A DNA stretch of 63,959 nt, counting the filler, from Lama guanicoe (Eukaryota): assembly GCA_013239625.1 (NCBI GenBank). It is 76 parts of 76 records of this genome, joined end to end, with 100 filler letters (N's around TTAATTAATTAA, not from the genome) between each part and the next. Parts side by side here need not be neighbours in the genome. Positions count along the whole stretch, not along the records: positions 54,001 to 54,788 come from MU055553.1; positions 54,889 to 55,486 come from PNXV01014510.1; positions 55,587 to 56,335 come from PNXV01014513.1; positions 56,436 to 57,183 come from MU055555.1; positions 57,284 to 57,980 come from MU055556.1; positions 58,081 to 58,807 come from PNXV01014519.1; positions 58,908 to 59,648 come from PNXV01014520.1; positions 59,749 to 60,457 come from MU055557.1; 68 more parts are not named here. One strand, written 5' to 3'. Both the position numbers and the translations under genes were made by a program. Shown one piece after another: positions 53,901 to 63,959 of this stretch. Every line of letters begins with the position of its first letter. The first letter of the stretch is position 1. Under the pieces are notes generated by a model that saw only the letters and a program-made list of their open reading frames with translations, was not told the origin of the DNA and searched no databases.

Positions 53901-54000
53901 NNNNNNNNNNNNNNNNNNNNNNNNNNNNNNNNNNNNNNNNNNNNTTAATTAATTAANNNNNNNNNNNNNNNNNNNNNNNNNNNNNNNNNNNNNNNNNNNN

Positions 54001-55486
54001 AGAATATAGAATACAGAATACAGAATATAGAATGTAGAATACGGAATGTAGAACACAGAATATAGGATATTTCAGAATATAGAATGCAGAATAAAGTATG
54101 TAGAACACGGAATTTAGAATAGAGTATACAGAATGCAGAAAGGTGAATTTAGAAATGGAATGCAGAACACAGGAATTAGAATATAGAATAAAGAATATAG
54201 AATGTAGAACACAGAATATAGAATATAGAATACAGAATACAGAATATAGAATGTAGAATATAGAATGTAGAACACAAAATATAGAACATAGATTAGAGTA
54301 TACAGAACCCAGAAATTAGAACATGGAATTCATAACACAGAATTTAGAATATAGAGTACAGAATTTAGAATGNNNNNNNNNNNNNNNNNNNNNNNNNNNN
54401 NNNNNNNNNNNNNNNNNNNNNNNNNNNNNNNNNNNNNNNNNNNNNNNNNNNNNNNNNNNNNNNNNNNNNNNNNNNNNNNNNNNNNNNNNNNNNNNNNNNN
54501 NNNNNNNNNNNNNNNNNNNNNNNNNNNNNNNNNNNNNNNNNNNNNNNNNNNNNNNNNNNNNNNNNNNNNNNNNNNNNNNNNNNNNNNNNNNNNNNNNNNN
54601 NNNNNNNNNNNNNNNNNNNNNNNNNNNNNNNNNNNNNNNNNNNNNNNNNNNNNNNNNNNNNNNNNNNNNNNNNNNNNNNNNNNNNNNNGAATATAGAATA
54701 CACAGAATATAGAATACAGAATGCAGAACCCAGAATTTCGAACATGGAATGAAGAACACAGAATTTAGTATACAGAATTCAGAATATANNNNNNNNNNNN
54801 NNNNNNNNNNNNNNNNNNNNNNNNNNNNNNNNTTAATTAATTAANNNNNNNNNNNNNNNNNNNNNNNNNNNNNNNNNNNNNNNNNNNNTATTCTATAGTC
54901 TTAATTATGTGTTACATTCCATGTTTAAATTCTGTGTACTACATTCTATATTCTATATACTAAATTTTGTGCTATTCATTCTATATTCTACATTCTATAT
55001 TCTGCATTCCGTTTTCTATATTCTATATTCTGTGTACTACCGTCTATATTCTAAATTCTCTATTAAGTTCTTTGTATTCTATATTCTAAATTCTGTGTTC
55101 TGCATTCCATGTTCTACATTCTGAGTTCTGTATTCTGTTTTCCATATTCTAAATTCTGTGTTCTATATTTTATATTATGTATTCTATATTCTACATTCCG
55201 TATTCTATATTGTATATTCTGTTTTCTTCATTCTATATTCTATATTCTGTATTCATTTTTCTGTATTCTATATTCTAATTTCTGTGTTCTGCAATCCATG
55301 TTCTAAAACCTTGGTTCTATATACTCTAATCAATATTCTATACAGTGTTCTTCATTCTATATTCTAAATTCTATATTCTGAATTCGTTAATCAATATTCT
55401 ATATTGTGTGTTTTACATTCTATATTCTAAATTCTATATTCACTTTTCTGTATTCCATATTCTCAATTCTGTGTTCTGCATTTCAT
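54001..55486. repeat. Heptamer satellite, two scaffolds in opposite orientations
   Basis: (agaatat)n, then (tattcta)n after the linker. Confidence 0.95.
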
Positions 55487-55586
55487 NNNNNNNNNNNNNN
55501 NNNNNNNNNNNNNNNNNNNNNNNNNNNNNNTTAATTAATTAANNNNNNNNNNNNNNNNNNNNNNNNNNNNNNNNNNNNNNNNNNNN

Positions 55587-56335
55587 TTCCCCCAGTAACC
55601 ATAAGATTGTTTACTATGTCTGCAAGTCTCTTTCTCTCTTGTAGATGAGTCCATCAGTGTCTTTTATTCTTTATTTAGATTCCACATATGAGTGATATTT
55701 TTTTTTATATGGTATTTTTCTTTCTCATTCTGACTTCCTTTGCTTAGGCTGATGATCTCCAAGTCCATCCATGTTGCTGCAAATGACATTATTTTATTCT
55801 TTTATATGGCTGAGTAGTATTTCATTATGTAAATATACCACAGCTTGTTTATCCAGTAATCTTTTGATGGACATTTTAGGTTGGTTATAGTAAATAGTGC
55901 TGCTATTGGGGTGCATGTGTCTTTTTGAATTAGAGTTCCCTCCAGATGTATGCCCAGCAGTGGGATTGCTGGGTCATAGGTTAGGTCTGTTTTTAGTTTT
56001 TTAAGGAATCTCCATACTGCTTTTCATAATAGCTGCAACAAACTACATTCCCACCAGCACTGTAGGAGGGTTCCCTTTTTTCCACACTTTCTCCAGCATT
56101 TATCATTTGTGGAATTTTGAATTGAATGATGACCATTCTGATTGGTGTGAGGTGATACCTCATTGTAGTTTTAATTTGCATTTCTCTGATAATTAGCGAT
56201 ACTGAGCATTTCTTCATGTGCCTATTGGCCATTTGTTCGTCTTCATGGGAGAATTACTTGTTTAGGTCTTCTGTCCATTTTTGGATAGGACTGTTTGGTT
56301 TTTTGTTATTAAGTTGTATCAGCTGTTTTTTTTTT
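55587..56335 (-). mobile_element. L1 ORF2 end and 3'UTR
   Basis: [30 protein letters not shown]. Confidence 0.92.
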
Positions 56336-56786
56336 NNNNNNNNNNNNNNNNNNNNNNNNNNNNNNNNNNNNNNNNNNNNTTAATTAATTAANNNNNNNNN
56401 NNNNNNNNNNNNNNNNNNNNNNNNNNNNNNNNNNNGTTTTGTTTGTTGTCTTCAATAGTCCTACCTTACTGCCGTTCAGGGAGATAAGAGAATATCATTT
56501 AGCAGGATGTTTAAAGTAGCTTTCTGTCAACGTACACCTGACAGAGGACAGTTCTTGCCCATTGGATACTGTTGTGCTTATAAATTTTAAGGAACGGCTG
56601 ACTTTTTTTTTTTTTTGCCTTGTGGNNNNNNNNNNNNNNNNNNNNNNNNNNNNNNNNNNNNNNNNNNNNNNNNNNNNNNNNNNNNNNNNNNNNNNNNNTT
56701 AACGTGTTAAGTGTCCATGGCTTTGATTAGGGTCTCAAAGCCGTTAACAGTTTTATAGATTTAACTTTTCTTTATTCTATCTGCAG

Positions 56787-56955
56787 AGCTCCCAACGACC
56801 AGACTGACTATGAGAACAACACAACCATGAAGGTGTTCTTGTTCCAGTTTGTCAACTACTACTCCTCGGGTTTCTACATCACATTCTTTAAGGGCAGATT
56901 TGTGACTTATCAGGGAGATCTGGTGTATTGGCTGTGAAAATACAGAAAAGAAGAG
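56787..56955 (+). pseudogene. ANO6: Anoctamin-6 (TMEM16F)-like exon with frameshift and stop, introns retained
   Basis: ctgcag|AGCTCCCA...AAGAG|gtgtga; reads (E)LP..QTDYENNTTMKVFLFQFVNYYSSGFYITFFKGRFVTYQGDLVYWL*KYRKEE, matching the ANO6 ELPRTQTDYEN...VYWLGKYRNEE exon as I recall it; TGA at 56935. Confidence 0.88.
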
Positions 56956-57429
56956 GTGTGAATACAGCTTTGTGTTCTGACAGTCTAACCTGTTTCATGT
57001 TTTCTTTTAGTTGCCCAATGAAGAGTGTCTTTACTCTCTGTTCCTTAGACATTTTATCATGTTTTCTTTGCCTAATGAAGAGTGTCTTTACTCTCTGTTC
57101 CTTAGACATTTTCACACATAAAATAATTACTTTATTTCATGTTAGAGCTATCTAAAATTTAATGAGACTTTCTTTGTATTGTANNNNNNNNNNNNNNNNN
57201 NNNNNNNNNNNNNNNNNNNNNNNNNNNTTAATTAATTAANNNNNNNNNNNNNNNNNNNNNNNNNNNNNNNNNNNNNNNNNNNNGTAGAAAACTTAAATAA
57301 CAAGTGGCATGGTTAATGAATTACGTTTCTGTAGGCCTGGTTGCAGTTTTTTTTTTTTTCTTAAACAAAGCCCAGAGGCTTATGGTCCCTAGCATATCCA
57401 TCATCTTGACCATTGCTGCTAAATTTTAA

Positions 57430-57980
57430 AAACTGTGTTAAAATACACAAACACAGAATTTACTTATTTAACCATATTTTAGTGTAAAGTTCAGTAGCAT
57501 TAAGTACATTTATGATTGTGTGCAACCAACCTCCAGAACTCTTTTCATCTTGCAAAACTGAAACTCTGTACGTTAAACAACTCATTCACCCCTCCTTCTA
57601 GCCCCTGGCAACCACCATTCTACCTTCTGTCTCTATGAATTTGGCTACTCTAAGTACCTCATGTAAGTAGAATACTGTATTATTTGTCTGTCTGTGACTG
57701 ACTTAATTTTACTGAGTATAATGTCCTCAAGGTTTAGCCATGTTGTAGCATGTGTCAGAATTTCCTTCCTCTTTGATAATACTGAATACCAAATAATACT
57801 CCACTGCATTTATACACAACATTTGTTCATACATTCATCTATCAGCGGACACATTTTGGTATTTAATGCTGTGATGAACATAGGTGTACAAATATCTCCT
57901 TGAGACCCTCCTTAGGAGGAGGGTATATGCCTAGAAATGTAACTGTTGGATCATATGGTAATTTTATTTTTAATTTAATT
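57430..57980 (-). mobile_element. L1MA/MB-type 3' end
   Basis: tagcccctggcaaccaccattctaccttctgtctctatgaatttg. Confidence 0.85.
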
Positions 57981-58080
57981 NNNNNNNNNNNNNNNNNNNN
58001 NNNNNNNNNNNNNNNNNNNNNNNNTTAATTAATTAANNNNNNNNNNNNNNNNNNNNNNNNNNNNNNNNNNNNNNNNNNNN

Positions 58081-58807
58081 GATGCTATGCAATCCACATC
58101 AAAATACTAATGGCATGATTCACAGAACTAGAATAGATAATTCTAAAGTTTGTATGGAAACACACAAGAATCCAAGTAGCCAAAACAACCTTGAGAAAGA
58201 TCAGACCTGGAGAAATCATATTCCCTCCCTTTAGACTATACTACAAAGCTACAGTAATCAAAAAAGTATGGTACTGGTGCGAAACAGACACATATGTCCA
58301 TGGAAGAGAATACAGAGTGTAGAAATAAACTCAGGGGTTTATGATCAATTAATCTATAACAAAGGAGGGAAGAATATAAAATGGAGAAAATACAGTCACT
58401 TCAATGAGTGGTGCTGGGAAAACTGTATAGCTACATACAACAGAATGAAATTAGAACACTCTCTAACACCATATACAAAAATAAAATCAAAATCAGTTAA
58501 AGATCTAAATGTAAGACTGTGTACTCTAAAACTCCTAGAAGAAAACATAGGCAGAACACTCTTTGACATACATCACGGCAATATTTTTTTGGCTCTGGCT
58601 CCTAAAGTAAAGGAAATAAAAATAAAAATAAACAAATGGAACTTAATTAGTCAAAAGCTGTTGCATAGCAAAGGAAATCATTGACAAAATGAAAAAATGA
58701 CCTACTGAATGGGAGAAAATATTTCCAAATGACATGATCGATAAGGGAACCGATAAGGGAGTACTATCCAACATATATAAAGAGCTCATACAACTCAACA
58801 TCAAAAA
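58081..58807 (+). mobile_element. Older L1 ORF2 fragment
   Basis: [16 protein letters not shown]...LLEENIG, with frameshifts. Confidence 0.92.
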
Positions 58808-59748
58808 NNNNNNNNNNNNNNNNNNNNNNNNNNNNNNNNNNNNNNNNNNNNTTAATTAATTAANNNNNNNNNNNNNNNNNNNNNNNNNNNNNNNNNNNNN
58901 NNNNNNNATGTCGTGGGAAGGGATCAACTAGAGCCCAGAGCACTGCTTCTACAAGCTGCCAGCACAGATTCTGAAGTAACTGGAATATACAAAAAGAGTC
59001 TTTCATAGTAATTGTTGTAAAAGGATTTAGTTGCCTGGAAATTTCTCATAAAAAGCCATTTTATTCCTTTTACCTGTTAGCACATGCATTACAAGTATTT
59101 TGCTTATTGTGAGTTTTACATCTTTTCTTGAACTAGAGAAAAAATGTAATTTTGAAAGCATAGTCTGGACGTACAGGATGAGCTGAGGCACCTAAAGAAC
59201 CTGACAGCCACAGCGAGGCTTGCCTTACAACAGACCTGCTCTCAGTCCTTCCATTTTCACACTTCTGTTAAATGCTTCTGTGTATTTTTCACCTAATAGG
59301 CAACGCCAGGGCACGGCCGAGAGCATGTTCACCCGATGCTCAGGCACTCAGAAGTGCTGGCTGAATAAATCAGCCAGTAAATTCCTCATCTGCTTCTGTC
59401 AGTGACTGCACAGACAGCAGCCCGCGCAAGCCCGGGGTGCCTGCCATGCACGCTGTCCGCCTGCTGCCGTGGAGGCAGACCGGAGAATTGACTCAAGACT
59501 GCCTGGTATTCAAGCGACTCTGCAGGCCGGTAACACCGAGACGGGATTTCTTCTATGCTGCCGTAAGTTACACTTTAAAAACACTCATGATTTTTTTTCC
59601 CTTCCACAGCTTTTAGGGTAAGATATGATTACTGAATCTTGCTCTAGCNNNNNNNNNNNNNNNNNNNNNNNNNNNNNNNNNNNNNNNNNNNNTTAATTAA
59701 TTAANNNNNNNNNNNNNNNNNNNNNNNNNNNNNNNNNNNNNNNNNNNN

Positions 59749-60457
59749 TGGCTTTTCCATTTGCATGGAATATCCTTTTCCATTCTTTCACTCTCAACCT
59801 ATATGTATCCTTCTCCCTAAAGTGGGTCTCTTGAATGCAGCATATTGAAGGTTCTTGCTTTATTATCCACTCTGCCACCCTATGTCTTTTGACTGGAGCA
59901 TTTAGTCCATTAACATTTACAGTAATTAATGATAGATGTGTGTTTNNNNNNNNNNNNNNNNNNNNNNNNNNNNNNNNNNNNNNNNNNNNNNNNNNNNNNN
60001 NNNNNNNNNNNNNNNNNNNNNNNNNNNNNNNNNNNNNNNNNNNNNNNNNNNNNNNNNNNNNNNNNNNNNNNNNNNNNNNNNNNNNNNNNNNNNNNNNNNN
60101 NNNNNNNNNNNNNNNNNNNNNNNNNNNNNNNNNNNNNNNNNNNNNNNNNNNNNNNNNNNNNNNNNNNNNNNNNNNNNNNNNNNNNNNNNNNNNNNNNNNN
60201 NNNNNNNNNNNNNNNNNNNNNNNNNNNNNNNNNNNNNNNNNNNNNNNNNNNNNNNNNNNNNNNNNNNNNNNNNNNNNNNNNNNNNNNNNNNNNNNNNNTA
60301 GCATCCTGCTTCTTTTCTATTTAGAGTAGACCTTTCAATATTTAGCATGGGTTTAGTGTTGCCAAACTCCTGCAGCTTTTTTTTGTCTGTGAAACTCTTT
60401 ATTTCTCCTTCTATCCTAAAGGATAGCCTTGCTGGATAAAGTATCCTAGGCTAGGCT
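59749..60457 (-). mobile_element. Young L1: ORF1 end, inter-ORF region and ORF2 endonuclease start
   Basis: HLSLITVNVNGLNAPVKRHRVAEWIIKQEPSICCIQETH; 60330-60450 resembles the ORF1 C-terminus (PRILYPARLSF). Confidence 0.93.
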
Positions 60458-61171
60458 NNNNNNNNNNNNNNNNNNNNNNNNNNNNNNNNNNNNNNNNNNN
60501 NTTAATTAATTAANNNNNNNNNNNNNNNNNNNNNNNNNNNNNNNNNNNNNNNNNNNNTAAAATGGCTTTGAAGAGAGAGTTAACCAGGAACAGAGAGGTC
60601 GCAGGTAGTATTCAACAGTGTCATGAGGCAAAATGTTCTTCAAACGCTCAGAGTGGTTTCTGAACGCGGAGTTGGCAGGGAGGAGATGCCAGGAAGTGAG
60701 TGGGGTGAGGGACACAGGGTACGCTCCCCCAGCTGGGGAAGAATTGGATTTTTTTCTAGCTTTCAAAACAATTTCTTACTACCTTTTTNNNNNNNNNNNN
60801 NNNNNNNNNNNNNNNNNNNNNNNNNNNNNNNNNNNNNNNNNNNNNNNNNNNNNNNNNNNNNNNNNNNNNNNNNNNNNNNNNNNNNNNNNNNNNNNNNNNN
60901 NNNNNNNNNNNNNAGTGGGGGTATTTCCAAGGTAATCACGGGCATGCAGCAAACTCCCCAGTTTCAATTACCTCATCTCAAAAGTGGGGCCAATAAAACT
61001 ACCAAGCAAAGTACGTGATGAATATGGCCGACATGTGTTTACTAGGTCATTGCCCGTGACAGCTGCAGCTGNNNNNNNNNNNNNNNNNNNNNNNNNNNNN
61101 NNNNNNNNNNNNNNNTTAATTAATTAANNNNNNNNNNNNNNNNNNNNNNNNNNNNNNNNNNNNNNNNNNNN

Positions 61172-61660
61172 TCATGAGACATATTGAACCTCGCTGATAC
61201 TGGCAGAAACATATGGAGTGACAATGCGGACTTGAGGAAGTTCCTCAATTCTCTTCTCCAAGAACGGGTCCAAGGTCCCTGACGTCTGCAAGAGAAGAGA
61301 TGGCAGAGATGATCAAAACGCTCCTGTTCATGGAAGAGGTCGTGAGAATCCACACGTCCCAAGGGGCNNNNNNNNNNNNNNNNNNNNNNNNNNNNNNNNN
61401 NNNNNNNNNNNNNNNNNNNNNNNNNNNNNNNNNNNNNNNNNNNNNNNNNNNNNNNNNNNNNNNNNNNNNNCATTTGGAAGGGTCACTACCTGAGCTGCAA
61501 TGAAGCCATTACGAGAAGAGCAAGCCCCTCCTAGAATCAGAGTTCCTCCAGCTTCACACTCTGTGAACAATAGTGAACTCCTTAAAGGTCAAAGAGTCTC
61601 GGCTGAAATAAATAGGAATTGAATAATTAGCTCACACCTAGAAACGATGGCCTTCCGCTA
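61172..61660 (+). pseudogene. Second copy of the unidentified exon at 2744-3133 plus its downstream intron
   Basis: Reverse-complement match to ~2785-2972 and ~2490-2680, with substitutions and a 3-nt indel. Confidence 0.5.
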
Positions 61661-63044
61661 NNNNNNNNNNNNNNNNNNNNNNNNNNNNNNNNNNNNNNNN
61701 NNNNTTAATTAATTAANNNNNNNNNNNNNNNNNNNNNNNNNNNNNNNNNNNNNNNNNNNNGTTTCCCTCACCTCCATTTTCAATACTTGCTCTGGAGAGC
61801 CTTTTGCAGCCTACTTGTATGAAAGCTTATCTTTAGGGCCTTCAATCTCTTTGGAACTGAAAATGGTACTTCCTTTTCCTTTTACTGTATTTCTTCATCT
61901 CTAATGGTCAGGTAATTTCAGGTATCTAATGTAGACTTCTAGGGCTTGGTTAAGTGAAAACTTTAGACTCTTGGCTCTACACAATTGCATGGGATTTCTG
62001 TGAGGACAAATTTTCCTAGACATTGATGCCATGTCCNNNNNNNNNNNNNNNNNNNNNNNNNNNNNNNNNNNNNNNNNNNNNNNNNNNNNNNNNNNNNNNN
62101 NNNNNNNNNNNNNNNNNNNNNNNNNNNNNNNNNNNNNNNNNNNNNNNNNNNNNNNNNNNNNNNNNNNNNNNNNNNNNNNNNNNNNNNNNNNNNNNNNNNN
62201 NNNNNNNNNNNNNNNNNNNNNNNNNNNNNNNNNNNNNNNNNNNNNNNNNNNNNNNNNNNNNNNNNNNNNNNNNNNNNNNNNNNNNNNNNNNNNNNNNNNN
62301 NNNNNNNNNNNNNNNNNNNNNNNNNNNNNNNNNNNNNNNNNNNNNNNNNNNNNNNNNNNNNNNNNNNNNNNNNNNNNNNNNNNNNNNNNNNNNNNNNNNN
62401 NNNNNNNNNNNNNNNNNNNNNNNNNNNNNNNNNNNNNNNNNNNNNNNNNNNNNNNNNNNNNNNNNNNNNNNNNNNNNNNNNNNNNNNNNNNNNNNNNNNN
62501 NNNNNNNNNNNNNNNNNNNNNNNNNNNNNNNNNNNNNNNNNNNNNNNNNNNNNNNNNNNNNNNNNNNNNNNNNNNNNNNNNNNNNNNNNNNNNNNNNNNN
62601 NNNNNNNNNNNNNNNNNNNNNNNNNNNNNNNNNNNNNNNNNNNNNNNNNNNNNNNNNNNNNNNNNNNNNNNNNNNNNNNNNNNNNNNNNNNNNNNNNNNN
62701 NNNNNNNNNNNNNNNNNNNNNNNNNNNNNNNNNNNNNNNNNNNNNNNNNNNNNNNNNNNNNNNNNNNNNNNNNNNNNNNNNNNNNNNNNNNNNNNNNNNN
62801 NNNNNNNNNNNNNNNNNNNNNNNNNNNNNNNNNNNNNNNNNNNNNNNNNNNNNNNNNNNNNNNNNNTGTCCTCGCTGCCGAACCGTGCCGGTGTTATCCA
62901 AAATGTAGCATCCGCTTTTGAGAGATAAACTGAAGGTAATCCTTNNNNNNNNNNNNNNNNNNNNNNNNNNNNNNNNNNNNNNNNNNNNTTAATTAATTAA
63001 NNNNNNNNNNNNNNNNNNNNNNNNNNNNNNNNNNNNNNNNNNNN

Positions 63045-63526
63045 ATATTCTACATTCTATATTCTGCATTCCGTATTTTATATTCTATATACTTTGTTCA
63101 ACATTCTATATTCTAAATTCTATATTCAGTACTCTGTATTCTATATTATAAATTCTGTGTTCTGTATTCCATATTCTAAGTTCTGGGGTCTATATTTTCT
63201 ATTCTCTATTCTATACTTGTGTTTTCCATTCAATATTCTACATACTATATTTTGCATTTCGTATACTATATTCTATATTCTGTGTTCTACATTCTACATT
63301 TTAAATTCTATATTCATCATTCTATATTCTATATTCTAAATTCTGTTTTCTGCATTCATTATTAATTATTCGAAATTCTATATTCAGTATTGTGCATTCT
63401 ATATTCTAAATTCTGGGTTCTGCATTCCATGTTCTTAATTCTGTGTTCTATATTCTCTATCCTATATTCTATATTCAGTGTTGTAAATTCTTTATTCAAA
63501 ATTCTATATTCAGTATTCTGTATTCT
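63045..63526 (-). repeat. Heptamer satellite
   Basis: (tattcta)n variants. Confidence 0.95.
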
Positions 63527-63863
63527 NNNNNNNNNNNNNNNNNNNNNNNNNNNNNNNNNNNNNNNNNNNNTTAATTAATTAANNNNNNNNNNNNNNNNNN
63601 NNNNNNNNNNNNNNNNNNNNNNNNNNTGTCAAGGCTTGGAATTTTGTTTCTTGGGAGATTTTGTTTAATTACATATTCAATTTCATAAGTGATAATATGT
63701 TCATGTTTTCTTATTCATGCCATTCTGGAGATTAGCTCTTTCTAAGAAATTGTCCATTTCTCCNNNNNNNNNNNNNNNNNNNNNNNNNNNNNNNNNNNNN
63801 NNNNNNNTTAATTAATTAANNNNNNNNNNNNNNNNNNNNNNNNNNNNNNNNNNNNNNNNNNNN

Positions 63864-63959
63864 TGTTCCCTGTTAGGGGGAATTTTGAGAACTAACTTCC
63901 TTGACCTTGTGGAGGCAGCCTCTGTCACTGGGAATTCCTGCAAACCTTCCTAGCATTCC
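63864..63959 (-). repeat. 267-bp satellite family A fragment
   Basis: tgttccctgttagggg...ggaggcagcctctgtcactggga. Confidence 0.9.

Noticed and set aside
59563..59623. 8-nt microexon (ccacag|cttttagg|gtaag) after a gtaagt donor
   Set aside because: The implied intron is under 50 nt and no homology is recognisable; may be chance.
62867..62944. Short CpG-rich piece as bacterial contamination
   Set aside because: Only 78 bp with nothing diagnostic.

Overview
This window is not a contiguous locus. It is about 76 short unplaced mammalian scaffolds (roughly 0.1-1.3 kb each) joined by an artificial 100-bp linker, N44-TTAATTAATTAA-N44 (about 75 copies; stops in all six frames). Adjacency across a linker therefore has no biological meaning, and most ORF-track entries are artefacts of N runs or simple repeats. 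The repeat content suggests a camelid, possibly alpaca/llama; this is an inference, not a database match. Most of the sequence is heterochromatic: a 7-bp-based (AGAATAT)n satellite, a GC-rich 267-bp satellite with a diverged relative, two AT-richer ~250-bp satellites, a telomere-variant array, and L1, L2, MIR and MLT1 fragments. Recognisable gene pieces are a TCR-alpha V segment with an intact 23-RSS, the first two exons of an LILR-family gene, a disabled intron-flanked ANO6 exon and an old ND1 NUMT. The most unusual observation is a ~190-bp mitochondrial COX1 fragment embedded in a GGA/GAG repeat and found in two separate scaffolds with the same junctions, which suggests a NUMT amplified as part of a repeat unit. 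Also notable is an unidentified two-copy exon whose frame is broken only by four shared TGA codons. No prokaryotic-type system such as CRISPR or an operon is present.
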